A stretch of DNA of 64,000 nucleotides from Eledone cirrhosa (GCA_964016885.1 OZ024741.1:337032001-337096000); one strand, 5' to 3'. Shown: positions 42,612 to 57,639, counted from the first letter of the stretch. Notes: a model not told the origin generated them from the sequence alone. Translations and numbers: made by a program.

Positions 42612-44085
42612 GCATGTATATATAGATTTCAGCACTGCTTGGATTGATTCTACGTAACCAGGAACTTCTAATTCTTTGAACTAAATAATAACATCAAAGG
42701 AAAATAAGGTAAAAGTGAATTACTTTGTTTTATTTTAAAAGAAACTCTTTCATATTTATCGTAAATAATTCTAGATGTTTAACTGTTTAACAAACAGGCT
42801 TTGGATGTTGCTAATTTCTTCTACAAAACTTTTATTCTCTTTCCCACCCCCAAGTTCTTCTTTGGAATGGCGATGTATTGGCAGTATTGTTAGTGCGTCA
42901 GGGAAAATTGCAATGATATGTTTGGTTATGTATGGCCTTTTACATAACAAATCTTACTGAGTCCAACTTTGCCTTTCATCATTCTGGAATCGATGAAACA
43001 GAGTATCAGTTAAATACTGGGGACAATATAATCAATTTTCCCCTTTCCCTAAATTGCTGGTCTTGTGCCAATGTTAACAAGTCTTATAACATAGCGTTGT
43101 TTCTTTCTTTTGTTTGTTGTTGTTATTGTTGCTGCTGTTGATGTTGTTATTGTTGCTGTTGTTGCTGTTACTGTTGCTGCTGTTGTTGTTATTGTTGTTG
43201 CTATTGTTGTTGTTGTTGTTTTCTTAACATATCACCTACCCTTATCTGCTTTGTTGCTAAATTTCCTGAAGCTGACTCTAGTTCTACAATATTTTTTTTT
43301 TTTAAAGTATTTATAATTATCTAAAAAAAAAAAACTATCATTATTCTATGTAAGAACCTTTGTTATGTTATATTCCAAACGTCAGGTTAATAATAAGAAA
43401 GTCAGTTACTAAACAATGAGAAAGTTAGTTATTAAATATCTCCAAATTCTTGATTATTTTCAAAATTATTTGAAAAGTATAGGCACTGTCTTTCATTATA
43501 AATATAGTAATGAAAGGATTAAAGTGTTTCTATTTATCTAAACAAATCTTCCATCATTGTTCTATGTAAGAACCTTGTTAAGTTATGTTCCAAACTCCAG
43601 GTTAAATTCTTGATTACTTTAAAAATTATTTGAAAATTGCAGAGAGTGTCTTTCGTTAGAAATATGGTAATGAACGGGTTAAATAACTTGTTACCTTTAT
43701 ACTTAAACAATTTAGAACATTTTACCATAGGATGATAGATAGATCCGGCATATTTTATTCTTTATTTTCTAGTTTTATGACTTGGTGGCTTTATTGATGA
43801 TTCCTGTTATTTCTGAAAAATTAGTTTTAATTGATAAAACCTATAAATTACATTTTATAAAACAATCTTTTATATATATATGAACCCAACCCACACTGTA
43901 AAGTGGTCGTGTAGGATTCATGACAAAAAGTACCCAGCATGCACTGTAAATGTGGTTGGCATTAGTAAGGGCATCCAGCCATAGAAACCAAGCTAGAAAC
44001 AGTTCTGACATGGTCATCCATCTGAACCATGCTAGCGTGTAAAAATGGACGTTAAACAATGATGATGTTAATGATGATACGCACA

Positions 44086-44160
<75 letters not shown>

Positions 44161-44236
44161 TATATATATGTATATTATATATATATATATAATATATATA
44201 TATATGTATATATATATACACACACACACACATGTT

Positions 44237-44503
44237 GAAGGCACATGGCTTAGTGGTTAGAGCTTGCAATTGAGAGATTGTGAGTTCGATTCTCGGACCA
44301 GGTGATGCATTGTGTCCTTGGGCAAGACACTTTGTTTCACGTTGCTCCAGTTTACTCATCTGTAGAAATGAGTTGTGATGTCACTCGGGCTAAGCTGTAT
44401 TGGCCATTGCCTTTCCCTTGGACAACATTGGTAGCATGGAGAGGAGATGGCTAGTATGCATGGGTAACCTTGCTCAGACTTGTGCAGGTGAACTTTCTAG
44501 GTG

Positions 44504-44507
<4 letters not shown>
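44237..44507 (+). mobile_element. tRNA-derived SINE
   Basis: GGCACATGGCTTAGTGGTTAGAGC and GAGTTCGATTCTC; same head as the 6640 family, different body; minus-strand relative at ~62045-62256. Confidence 0.8.
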
Positions 44508-44544
<37 letters not shown>

Positions 44545-45182
44545 TGTATATAAAGTGTAAAGGGCAAAGACCCCCTTCGGTCACAAATGACCATGGGAAT
44601 TGCACCTAGAAAGTTCATAAATACATTTAGATGCATTCATACATCTATTTACATTCATTTATTTATATACAGTCATATATCTACATACATTCATCCATAT
44701 ATATTCCTATTTTCATATATCCATTCATACATCCATATATCTTATATATCAGCTTCCTGGTCAGCGAATTGAACTCTCAATCTTATGATCATGAGCCCAG
44801 TAGAGAAACCATTACACCACATGGCTTCATACATCCTTATACCATCATATTTCTATATACATTTAAAAAATGTGTATGTAAATGGCTGTTAGCAAAATTA
44901 ACTAATACAAGTATCTAAAAAACAACTCATTTTCCTCAAATATATATTTCCCTGTGCTTGATCAAATAGTCTGGTAAATATTAATTTACAAATTAAAATC
45001 AAATTATGCCCACACAAACACCCATATATATATACACACTCACACACACAATCACATAAATATATGTGATTGCATGTGTGTCTGTCAGTGTGTATATGAA
45101 TTAATATTTTAATTTTAAACTTATAAGATTATATATACCATACATATGCATGCACACACACACATACACATATGTATATATT

Positions 45183-45217
<35 letters not shown>

Positions 45218-45220
<3 letters not shown>

Positions 45221-45412
45221 GGAAAATCTATGACCCCGACGGCAGAGCTCAAGCCGTTTCGACGGCTATTTCTAGTCTAGAAATAGCCGTCGAAACGCCT
45301 TGAGCTATGCCGTCGAGGTAATACATTTTCCTATTACCTCCTCTACTACCCTAAGTATTGAGTACTCTGGTGCGTTATGGTCCATCTGCTTCCTTACCAC
45401 AAGTCCTTCGTT
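45218..45412 (+). mobile_element. Fold-back element family B (variant hairpin)
   Basis: Hairpin 45218-45334; tail with AGTATTGAGTACT (45354-45366). Confidence 0.75.
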
Positions 45413-45643
45413 ATATATATATATACACAAAAAGAAAATGAAAACAACAAAGCAAACAACACAGTATAAAGGAAACTATATTAGCTTAACACTTGATATA
45501 GTAAGAAAATAAAATTTACATTTCAGGCACAAGTCCTTCATCAGAGAATAGAATGAGAAATAAAAGATGAAATAGAAAGATATTAGAAGGGAAGTACTAG
45601 AAAACAATTTTCTGAGAAAAAGGACATGTGTATTCAGTTAGTT

Positions 45644-45731
<88 letters not shown>

Positions 45732-45797
45732 ATACTGTATATATATGTATATATATATATATATGTATATATGTATAGTTGACTGAATACACATGTC

Positions 45798-45873
<76 letters not shown>

Positions 45874-46276
45874 TACATATATATATATATGTATATATAT
45901 ATATACACATATATACATATATATATATATGTGTGTGTGTGTGCGTGTGTGTGAAAAAACATGCACACACACACATACATATATATATATATCATCCTTA
46001 TTTAACATCCGTTTTCCCTGTTCAGCAAAGGTTGGGCAGATCATCACAGACCAAGTCAGTATTAAACAACCGTGGGGTGCAGTTTGCTTACATACATACC
46101 CACACCATACAGAGTCTACTGGGTGTATTTTATCATGACACATGCACTAGGGAAGTTTCTGGTTACTGCCATAACTGAAGAGCTTTCCTTGCCCTATGGG
46201 GGGGGGGGGTTAGAACAGGGGTAGGTAACATGATGTATATCTATATGTATATATGTATATATATATGTATATATAT

Positions 46277-46469
46277 AACGAAGGAGGTGTGGTAAGGACC
46301 CAGATGGACCATAATGCACCAGAGTACTCAATACTTAGGGTAGTAGAGTGGGTAATAGGAAAATGTTTGACTCCGACGGCAGAGCTCAAGCGGTTTTGAT
46401 GGCTATGTAATCCAGAAATAGCCCCCAAAACGGCTTGAGCTCTGCCGTCGAGGTCAAACATTTTCCTAT
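46277..46469 (-). mobile_element. Fold-back element family B (variant hairpin)
   Basis: Hairpin 46355-46469; tail with AGTACTCAATAC; opposite orientation to the 45218 copy. Confidence 0.75.
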
Positions 46470-46544
46470 ATATATATCATCATCATCATCATCATCACCG
46501 TTTTATGCCCGTTCTTCCAAAATATTTATATACATATATATATT

Positions 46545-46576
<32 letters not shown>

Positions 46577-46590
46577 ATCATATATACATT

Positions 46591-46663
<73 letters not shown>

Positions 46664-47632
46664 TAAATTATATATATATATATGCATATATATATGTATC
46701 ATCATCATCATTTAACGTCTATCTTCCCGCTAGCATGGGTTTAGACGGGAATTGTCCCACATGAGGCAAGTTTGGTTGGCTGACCATGTCTCATTGATAG
46801 AGGACTGTCTGGTAGGTATTCTATGGCTGGATGCCCTTCTTATATATACATATATAAATATATACATACATACATTTATATATATATGTGTATATATATA
46901 TATATGTATGTATGTATATATACACACACATATATATATATATACACACACACACACATATATATATGTATATATACATATATACACACACGCACATATA
47001 TATATATATACATACACACACACACACATACACACACACACACATATATATATATATTTATATATACACACATCCAACCCATGCAAGCATGATAAATGGA
47101 AAGGTAACAATATTATAAATTTATAAATTTTGTCAATTGAATTTCTATCAGTTACTGATATTTAATGCCATTATAAGTTCTCTATATGTGTATTACTAGT
47201 AATATAGCCACATTGTGTGGTATTTTAAATCATTTAATATAACTAATTATATTTCAAATTACTTAATTATCTTAAGTAGAAATAATAATTTACTAATTTC
47301 TAATATTTGTATAGTTTCTTACCCCTTATTCATATGAATGTATGTATAGGTAGTTAGAAAGATATGCATACATATGTATGTTAAACATGTATATACATAT
47401 ATATATAATAGAAAAAATGGAGGAAGTTTCGTTTACATATAAAAAATATTTATTGTGTATCAACTTGTTATGCACGTTTCACAAGGATTGGCTCAAGGTA
47501 ATCCATAGGAGTTATGGACCCAACTCCAATATCGATCTGCTCATCAAACTGGCAATGTGACAACAAAAATATTTTTTTTCGTCACATCTATGTATATTTA
47601 TATACACACACACACACATATATATATATATG

Positions 47633-47771
<139 letters not shown>

Positions 47772-47819
47772 ATATATAAAAATATTGAAAATTGCAAACT
47801 TGACTGTCACCACATATTA

Positions 47820-47858
47820 TGAACCTGAAGATTGTGAAAGCATGAAAGTACTTGTTCA
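47820..47858 (+). ncRNA. Minimal type I hammerhead ribozyme
   Basis: Stem I TGAAC/GTTCA; CTGAAGA 47825-47831; stem II TGT-GAAA-GCA; GAAA; palindromic AGTACT; CTT triplet; AATAAA ~70 nt downstream. Confidence 0.7.
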
Positions 47859-48028
47859 ATTAACACTTAGAATTTAATATTCTATCATACTATTTCATTA
47901 TAATACCATTATATATTTTAAAGGATTGTAAATAAAACGAGTAAATCAGACAAAGTTGGAATTCCTCTTATTAATATAATCTTCTAATCTTCTATACACA
48001 ATCATACACACCCATGTATATTTATCTA

Positions 48029-48067
<39 letters not shown>

Positions 48068-48107
48068 TTATATATATATACCCCTATATATATATACATA
48101 CACACAC

Positions 48108-48187
<80 letters not shown>

Positions 48188-49139
48188 GAACATTTACACT
48201 CAATTGACTATGGATTTCACCTGAGTATCAGTTTATAAAAATTAAGTGTAAAATATTAGTTTACACTGGGCAGTCAGAAATGTGTAGTTAAAGGTCGAAC
48301 ACAAGTCCAGATGGAAGAGATTTAGTACTTAGCTGTTATTGTTTTATGTTTGGGCTCAGCCTCTCACTCAGATTAGTCTTGCTCTAGCTGACCTATGATG
48401 AAACACGTTCTTGTCATAACCATCTGGTTTCATCTAAAGACATAGCAAATATCTAGGAAGGACTTCATTATTTATCCTGAGTTCTATCTTAAGACTGTAG
48501 AGTAAGATTTGAGGAAATTTTAGCTGCTATATTTAATAGGCTTGCTGACAATATAGATTCCACTCTTTGACTAGATATTTCCTAATATTTAGTTTCAATT
48601 CCCAGGTGAAACAGCTATGGATGAGCCTCATAAAATCCCAATCTCCTTCTCCAAAAATGTCAACTCAAATCACTGGTCCTCATCAAGAGAAACATTATTT
48701 GTCCCCACTCAACAGACACAAAAATAAAATGAAATAATGCCGTCATTTTAAAACAAATGACTATAATAATAGACAAGAACTATAAATAATAGAGATAATC
48801 AGGTAAAATATCCTAGAGAGATGCAGAATTTGATTCCTCGCAGGTGACCTGTCCCCACTTTTCTATCTCCAAGGGCACTTAACCCAATTTTCTCAACTAT
48901 TATTTATAGGCATTGGCGTTGGGACAACTACATTTTAAATTCCAAATTTTTCCAATATTTCTAAGTCAACCAGTTTTTAAAAATAAAATAAAAATAAAAT
49001 ATAATCATTTTATTTTTTGTTTCCACTTTTGGGTAATAATGTTTTAGTTTGTCTTTAAAAAAACTCAGCTATAATATATTTTGTCTTGTTTGTTGTTGTT
49101 TGTTTTCCATTTTTACTGTTATGTTTAACTCTAAACACT

Positions 49140-49570
49140 ATAACGATTTAGTTGAACATTTCTAGAAACAGGTTTGTTAATTCAGATGTATATAGTATCT
49201 TTACAAGCAAACAGATAGTTGTGAAAATTTGCAGTTTTATTGCTTAACATCCTATAATGACTTAGAAAATATCTAAAAACAGGTTTGTTAATTCAAATGT
49301 ATATTGTATCTTGACTAGTGGACAGATTGCTGTGAAAATTTGCACTGTTATCACTTAACATCCTATAATGACTTAGCAGAAAATATCTAAAAACAGGTTT
49401 TTAAAATTCAAATGTATACAGGACAGATTGTTGTGAAAATTTGCTGTATTAAACTAAGGTGTTCATATTTGTTTTGTACTTGTCTTGCTAATGTAGTTTT
49501 ATATGGTTTGTTAATTCAAATGTTTACAGTATCTTTACTAATTGACACAGATCGTTATAAACATTCGCAG
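49140..49570. repeat. Diverged ~110-bp tandem repeat, 3-4 copies
   Basis: Recurring AACAGGTTTGTTAATTCAAATGTATA..ACAGAT..GTGAAAATTTGC. Confidence 0.7.
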
Positions 49571-50258
49571 TAAAGACTTGGAAAATGGTAAAGACTTCAA
49601 TTTTCTATGTGATGTAGTCATAGTGATATTTTATACTTTTCACTATTCAAGAATGTCTTGCTAATGTGATTTCATGTGGTGCTGGATGTTAAGAGTTAAT
49701 TAGCAAAATACTCTTGTGTGAATGTTTTACAGCCAAGTTATACTGCAGTGAACCGACCTGAAATAACAATTAACACACTGATTGTGTGCGTATTTTAAGT
49801 TTCAAAACTATCAGCTATGCCACTAGGGAAATTATTGGCGATGACTGGCGGTCTTAGCACGCAATTTACCCAAATGTTTACAGTAAAAGTGAAAAAATTG
49901 AAACAAAACGAAAAAAAAAATAATAACAACACAAACAAATGAGCAAACAAATTAGATGAGTTATATATTCCCTTTAGTTGCATCGTGCTTGAGTCATTGT
50001 TTTTCCTTTGTTATTGTCGTTAATGTAGTTGTTTTTCATGAATATATATATATATATTTTTTTAATTCTCTTTTTTATTTAATATTTTTGTTATTATCGT
50101 TGTTCTATTCTTTCCAGTGTGGAGATTTTTGAAACTTTAATTTTTAATTTTCATCACCTGTGAATCTACAAATATTTGTTTCTTTACTAAGTACATGTGT
50201 GCTTCTGTGAATAGGTCTGAGTCTATGTGTGTATAATGCATGAATATATGTAAATATG

Positions 50259-50316
<58 letters not shown>

Positions 50317-50500
50317 AATATGCATTCTGAGACAGATTCTTGTCCAGCTCTTGAGGAGAAATGCAAAGATTTCAGTAAGGATAGTACAAACATGGGAGCA
50401 CACTACAAATAATTTATTAAGCACTGGAGGAGCTAAACATTTCAGTTAATATTTTAAGCAATGGCTCTTTGTTAAGAAACAGATCTGTGTGTGTGTAAAA

Positions 50501-50534
<34 letters not shown>

Positions 50535-50595
50535 ATATATATACATACACATACATATACATGAACATATATATATGTATATATATATACATATG

Positions 50596-50685
<90 letters not shown>

Positions 50686-50837
50686 TCTATCTATATCTCT
50701 CTATATATATAGAAAGAGAGGGAGAGAGAAAGTAAGACAGACAAACAGGGATACACATATATACACATACATTTATACATAAACATATATATACAGACAT
50801 ATGATATGTATATATATATATATATAATGTATATATA

Positions 50838-50899
<62 letters not shown>

Positions 50900-51407
50900 G
50901 CATATATATATATATATATATATATACATGCATACATATATACATATATATATGTTATCATGGCCTCAGCTGGATGGCTGGAACAGGTAAAAAATAAAAG
51001 AGAATATATATATATATATATGTGTGTGTGTATATATATATATATGCATGTGTGTATGTGTGTATGTATGCACATATATATATGTATGTATGCATGTATG
51101 TTTGTATATATATATATATACAAACATACATACATATATATATGTGCATACATACACACATACACACACATGCATACACACATACACATACACACATATA
51201 TATACTCTTACAAGATAAAATTAAGAAAATGTTTGAAGTCAATGGTCACTAACAATAAGGTAAAACTATTTTGACATAACAATCAGTGTTGATTCTTTTA
51301 TTCAGTGCAGAGTATGTGTATTTTGTATTTATGCATATAAGCCAATGCAACAAGCAATTATATACATGTATGTATGTATATATATATATATATATATACA
51401 TATATGT

Positions 51408-51541
51408 GAGAAAAACCACAACTCTACTTTTGAAAAAAAAGAAGTACTGCGAAACCAGTAAAGGAACCAAATAAATATATATATATTTTTTTTAAATAAG
51501 ACTCCAGTTGCATTTTCGATTTCATCTTTTTTTCTTTATAC
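51408..51541 (+). mobile_element. Family C element end with hammerhead remnant
   Basis: ACTGC-GAAACCAGTA-AAGG (51446-51464) followed by the sequence that forms the 57403 hairpin arm. Confidence 0.55.
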
Positions 51542-51562
51542 ATATATACCAAGATATAAATG

Positions 51563-51645
<83 letters not shown>

Positions 51646-51764
51646 TTGTGCATATATGTATATTTATACATATATACATATATAGATATATTTACACACG
51701 CACACACACACATATATATATATATATACACATTTATGCACATATGTATATATATATATATATA

Positions 51765-51902
51765 TTTTTATAAAACCATAAATATAGTTTCCATTTATTT
51801 CATATCATTGAATATTTACTCCAGTAACTGTTGAGTGCTCTAAATCAGTTATAAACATTTATATTTGTCGAACTTCCAACAAATTAAATACCACTTCTAC
51901 TT
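51765..51902 (+). mobile_element. Family A tail-only remnant
   Basis: TATAGTTTCCATTT..ACTCCAG..CTGTTGAGTGCT..CCAACAAATTAAATA, between TA tracts. Confidence 0.7.
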
Positions 51903-52548
51903 ATATATATATATATATATATACTCACGCAGAAACATACATACACTCTGCAACCTAAAAAGTATTGACTACTACCTTGATCTGTTGCCCTTCCAGTCTA
52001 TCAACCTTAAACCCATCATGCTATCATGAAGAACGATACATGATATATATATATACATGTGTGTGTGTGTGTGCATGTGTGTGTAATTACATATTTAAGT
52101 GTGTATATTCATAGAAACACTCATGCTTACATTTTAAAATGTTCTATTCTGTGTGTGAATATATATATGTGTGTGTGTGCATATGCATTTATATATATAT
52201 ATATATGTTTATGTGTGTGTTTATGTGTATATATGCTTGTGTATAAATGTCTATCCGCATGTATTTGTATATATGTAGTTATCTCTTTAGACATGATGGA
52301 AACATTTACATACTGTTTTTGCTGCATTTATTATTTCTTTTATATTCCTATGATATTCATATCTCTTTAAATTCCAAAATGTATCAAATTTTCATAAAAA
52401 TATATTCACACCTCAAATTAATCCCTTAACTCTTTTGATATCATACAAACTGTAGCTGATCCTGGTTCAACAATAAAAAATCTGTCTGTTTTAATGTATT
52501 TATATTTATCTAAAAATCTTATATCATAATTTTATATAAAACCCTTTC

Positions 52549-52778
52549 TTAACTCTTTAGCATTTAGATTACTCTATATATATACTATTGTATTTTCCTG
52601 GTAAAGGCTTTATCTTACCTAATTACGTCACATAATATCGAATCTATGTGATTTCGATATTATTTATTTTGAGAACAATACCGTAACATCAGTATGAGTG
52701 GCTAGTTACGACCAGCTTGAACAAAAAGAAGTGAGAGAATCTGGCCGGATTCAGCTGGTTCAAATACTAAAGGGTTAA
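52549..52778. mobile_element. piggyBac-like MITE nested in another MITE
   Basis: TTAA-CTCTTTAGCATTT...AAATACTAAAGGG-TTAA; host element continues on both sides (52426-52910). Confidence 0.75.
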
Positions 52779-54235
52779 GTTATGTTTCAAATGCCAACTT
52801 AATAATGAGAAAGTTAGTTATATTATTTAATCCCTGTAAATTGTTGATTATTTTCAAAATTTTTGGATATCATGAGCAGTATCTTTCATTAAAAATATTG
52901 TAAATAAAGTGTTATCTCAGGTAATGCAAAGTTAACCTTGTCAGGAATTATTATCAGAGCATAAAAACTCAGAACAAATGCCACAATAACATTTTATTTG
53001 GTGCTCTACTAATTCTGCTAATCCATCTTCGTTCTTTATATTTATAGAAATATAGAAAAATAACATTTGTTTAACTGTACGTAAAAATTCAATTATAATG
53101 ATCATAGATGTTTCTCGATACAACATGAATAAATAAAAAGAAATTAGTAAAAGACTTAAGTGCAATGAATTAAAATTATTTCTATTAATGGTGTAATAAA
53201 TTTTCCTTCATTTAAATGTGTGATTTCTGACAAGAATCCCTGTTAGTTTATTACTTGCTTTACAGTATTGACTGCTACTCAGCTTAAAATAGCCTATTCT
53301 TCTCAATGTTGTATTAGAAGTTGCAATAATGATGCTCAGAAAAGCTAAAACTGGTACATGAACAATTACCACTTGGTTCATGTTTCTAGAATGGCTAAGA
53401 TTTTTATGGTTTCTGTTCAGTGGAAGAGATGAGATGTTAATTATCATGTGATACAGCAATATCTCTGGAGTGAATCAGCCATCAAATATCTAAATATATT
53501 TCATCAGTTGTTTTCCATTTCAGAACTACTTAGCTCTGTATGAGCATTATCAGAATTACATTACTAAAACACTGATCGGTTTTGGGAATCTAATAGCTAT
53601 TCGATGTGAGACATAAAACTGATAGCTGATAACATTTCCCTATTTTTAGTTACAAAAGCAAGCCATTCACATGATGACCAAGACTTTCTGTCTCAAGCAG
53701 GAGTCTTACTCCAGCAAATCGTTTTTGAGTACAAGTGGATAATAGCTAGTGAACCATGAAACAGTAACATAGTTGACAAGCAGAACCATTTCTGTGTAAA
53801 TTTACTACTGATGGACATTCTGATCAACAAGTTAACAAGAGCTTAAATTGCTGATATATTTAGGGAAAGAAAATAATCCTTTCATAGTTCTACATTTATT
53901 CTGACAACCACCATTCTCACTGCATTACTCCCAGAGAAGATTGAAAGACAGGCTCATTATAGTAACATCTCTAAATCATAACATGATGTACAGCATGAGA
54001 AATTCTTAGATTTGTTGTGTATTTATAGTAGTTATTTTAAATGTTATCTTTAAGCAAAATACATTTAACATAGAATTGTAATATAAAATGTTGTAATTTT
54101 ATATATCTTATAAATCATAGCTTATTTTGTTTTCATATGAAAGTAAAAGAAATTGTTTTATTTATTTTTATTTTTTTTATTTCAGACATTTAGAAACATC
54201 TTAAAACATCTAATGACTGGATTTAAAATTGGAAT

Positions 54236-56647
54236 ATGTTAGTTCAAATTAGTATTCTCATATTCATACTGAAATTCTGCATGTCTGTTGATCTGACATA
54301 TTATATAAATGAAGGCAAAAGTCCAGGTACATATATTGGAGATATTGCAGCTGATACAAAGTCATATGATAAAATTCCTTCCAAAGATCATAGTCAGATA
54401 ACCTTCAGTCAACTCCAACAAGATTCTTCAACTGGTTTGCCATTGTTCAATGTATCAAAAGCAGGCAGATTATACACAGTGGAGAAGCTAGATGCTGAAT
54501 CAATTTGTAAATATAATGTTGAATGTTTCAAAATAGTAGAGGTCGCAGTGAAACAAGATGAGTCATTTATTAAAATATTAGAAGTTAAAGTAATAATTAA
54601 AGATTCTAATGACAATGCCCCCGAGTTCCCAGTCAAAATAGTGGAGCTAAAATTTTCTGAAGGAGATGGAGAAGGAATGAAAAAATTTATTCCAAATGCT
54701 ATAGATAAAGATGTTGGAGTTCACAACTCACAAATTACATACAATTTAAGGAAGAATAATAATGAGGATCCATTTACTTTGTCAGTCTCAAAGAAATTAG
54801 ATGGAACAGCAAAACTGTTGATTATCCTTGCCAAAAGACTTGATAGGGAGGTGAAAGACATTTATATGCTGGAGGTTATTGCCAAAGATGGTGGATCACC
54901 AATGAAACAAAGTACACTAAGTGTTAAGATATCAGTGGCAGATGTTAATGATAATCCTCCTGTGTTCACACAGAACATTTACAATGTTTCTCTCAGGAAT
55001 ACACACCAAATAAGTGTTCCCATTGCAACGTTATCTGCAACAGATTTAGATGCTGGTAAAAATGGTCGTATATCATACCATTTTAGTTCTAAAACATCTG
55101 ATCAAATAATGAACAATTTTGAACTAGATAAGAAGAGTGGAGAAATCTTTTTATCTGAAAGGTTTTCTTTCCAAAAGAGATTGACTTATGCCCTTTACAT
55201 AGAAGCCAGGGATGAAGGAAACCCACCAATGAGCTCAACAGCAATCCTTCAAGTCAATGTTATCAACCAACAAAATAATGCACCGAGTATGGATGTCAAG
55301 TTTATGTCTGAATCTGCAGACAATCTGGCAACCATTTCCGAGGGAGTGAAAGTTGGAAGTTTTATTGCTTATGTTAAGATCATAGACAATGATATCGGAC
55401 AAAACGGAATTGTCAGCTGCAGCTTGGTTCATGATAAGCTCAAACTTCAGAGTCTTGGTAAAAAGAAGTACAAAGTAGTTGTCAAGAAAGCTGTCGACAG
55501 AGAAACAGAGAAAAATATTCATTTTATGATTAGCTGTCAAGACAGAGGATTTCCATCTTTGAAAATTGAAAGGAAATTTTCTATCCAAATTACTGATGTC
55601 AATGATGTACAACCAGAGTTTACAAAGGACACCTTTAAATTTCTGACATATGAAAACGAGGAAGCCAACTTTCCAGTTGGTTTCATTAATGCTACAGATT
55701 TAGACCTGGGAGAAGGAGGGCAACTTGTATATTTTTTAGACAGAAACAATGCACACAATATTCCATTTAAAATTACAAATAATGGCTTTATTTCAACAAA
55801 AAAATCATTTGATCGTGAACAACAGGAAATATATGAATTTAAAGTATTAGTAAAGGACTGTGGAACTCCACCATTAAGTAGCTCAGCAAATGTTGTTGTT
55901 GAAGTGATGGACGAAAATGACAATGCTCCTTATTTTACTTTCCCAAGTGTTAACCCTTTCAGTTTAGATGTCCACTACCATCCCCAGAGCACTAATGATA
56001 TTACAACATTAAGAGCTTCAGACAGAGATAGACGAGAAAATGCATTCCTTCGGTATGAATTATTTAGTGGTCATGGAAAAGATTTATTTGGTATTAACCG
56101 TTACACTGGTGTTTTGTCATATTCTCGACCAGTTTATCAAAATGATGCTGGGATATACGAGCTTCAATTTACTGTAAAAGACAGTGGGACTCCAGTACTT
56201 TCAGCAACCACAACTTTGTCATTGACATTGACTGTTAACAACAAAACATCAACAAAATACGCTGCAATAGATGCACAAACAGATAACAAAATACATTTTA
56301 ACTTGTTTATCATTATTGTAGTTGCAACAGTGACAGCTTCTGTGGTTCTTGTTGTATCAATAGTCATTTGTATTATTCGACGAAATGACCAAAGGAACAT
56401 ACAATATACTTCGGGAGTTGATTTTCCTAAAAAACTTTGGGATACAAATAAAGAATCGGAAAATTTATGTGAACAGATGTCACCACAGACAGACCCTTCA
56501 GCCACTGTGCTGAGTGCAAGTGGAGAAAGAAATCTCTACCCAGCTGTACCTAGGGGTCAACTCCCTTCAACATATGATTCTAGCTATCACTGGAAAGGTT
56601 CAATTTCAAGAATTCCATGCCAAGCGACAGCAGAAGAAACACACCAG
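54236..56647 (+). CDS. Protocadherin large exon: signal peptide, six EC repeats, TM, start of cytoplasmic tail
   Basis: DSNDNAPEF, LDRE, AKDGG, DVNDNPPVF, VDRE, FDRE, DENDNAPYF motifs; TM FIIIVVATVTASVVLVVSIVICII; acceptor TTTCAG at 54185; phase-0 donor CAG|GTGAGT at 56647 (804 codons). The unspliced ORF runs to 56683. Confidence 0.95.
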
Positions 56648-56735
56648 GTGAGTTCTTTGATATTTCTTTATTTTGTCTTTTAATTGTTTGTTTGTTTGAA
56701 TTATATTTATTTTTCTAGTGATGCTGGTGCTTCAG

Positions 56736-56945
56736 GACACATCATACATCATTCCAAATGAAGAATACAATGAGAAATATCAAGAAAATTTACATTACAA
56801 TCAGACGATCAATTTTTTAAAATTACATACAGATGAATATAATACAAATGTGGTTACAAAAAAATACACATACACACATATATATATACATACACACACA
56901 TACATAGTCATAAAGTATATACTCAGTGATCCCACCTGGTACTAA
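56736..56945 (+). CDS. Possible short downstream protocadherin exon
   Basis: TTCAG acceptor at 56735 gives in-frame DTSYIIPNEEYNEK... to a stop at 56945; the nearer acceptor at 56718 gives an immediate TGA. Confidence 0.3.
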   Translation, partial: DTSYIIPNEEYNEKYQENLHYNQTINFLKLHTDEYNTNVVTKKYTYTHIYIHTHTYIVIKYILSDPTWY

Positions 56946-57085
56946 GTAGCAGTCATCTTTCATCATTTGAGCCAATATGACTTCATCTTAGAATCATGAT
57001 ATTGCTGAACATGGTTTATGCTTGCATTACTTGCAATTAAACCAACATATATATATATATATATATATATGTGTGTATATTTATG

Positions 57086-57159
<74 letters not shown>

Positions 57160-57261
57160 TATGTATGATATTTATATGTATGTATATATACATGTATATA
57201 TATTCATATGTATGTATATATATATATATGTATCTATATGTATGTATATATATATATATAC

Positions 57262-57347
<86 letters not shown>

Positions 57348-57402
57348 GTGAGGTTTTTTTTACAAAATGAAAAATAACCGAGGTGTCCTACACGAGTGGA
57401 AG

Positions 57403-57542
57403 TATAAAGAAAAAGGGATGAAATCGAAAATGCAACTGAAGTCTTATTTTTTTTTAAAATATATATATTTATTTATTTGTAAATATATATATTTAAAAAA
57501 AAAAATAAGACTTCAGTTGCATTTTCGATTTCATCCCTTTTT

Positions 57543-57549
<7 letters not shown>
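57403..57549. mobile_element. Fold-back element family C (~69-bp arms; tail 57341-57402)
   Basis: TATAAAGAAAAAGGGATGAAATCGAAAATGCAACTGAAGTCTTA inverted around an 8-nt loop; (TA)n both sides. Confidence 0.8.

Positions 57550-57639
<90 letters not shown>

Noticed and set aside
54409-56505. Antisense ORFs over the protocadherin, and likewise over the RTEs
   Set aside because: Shadow frames of a real coding sequence.
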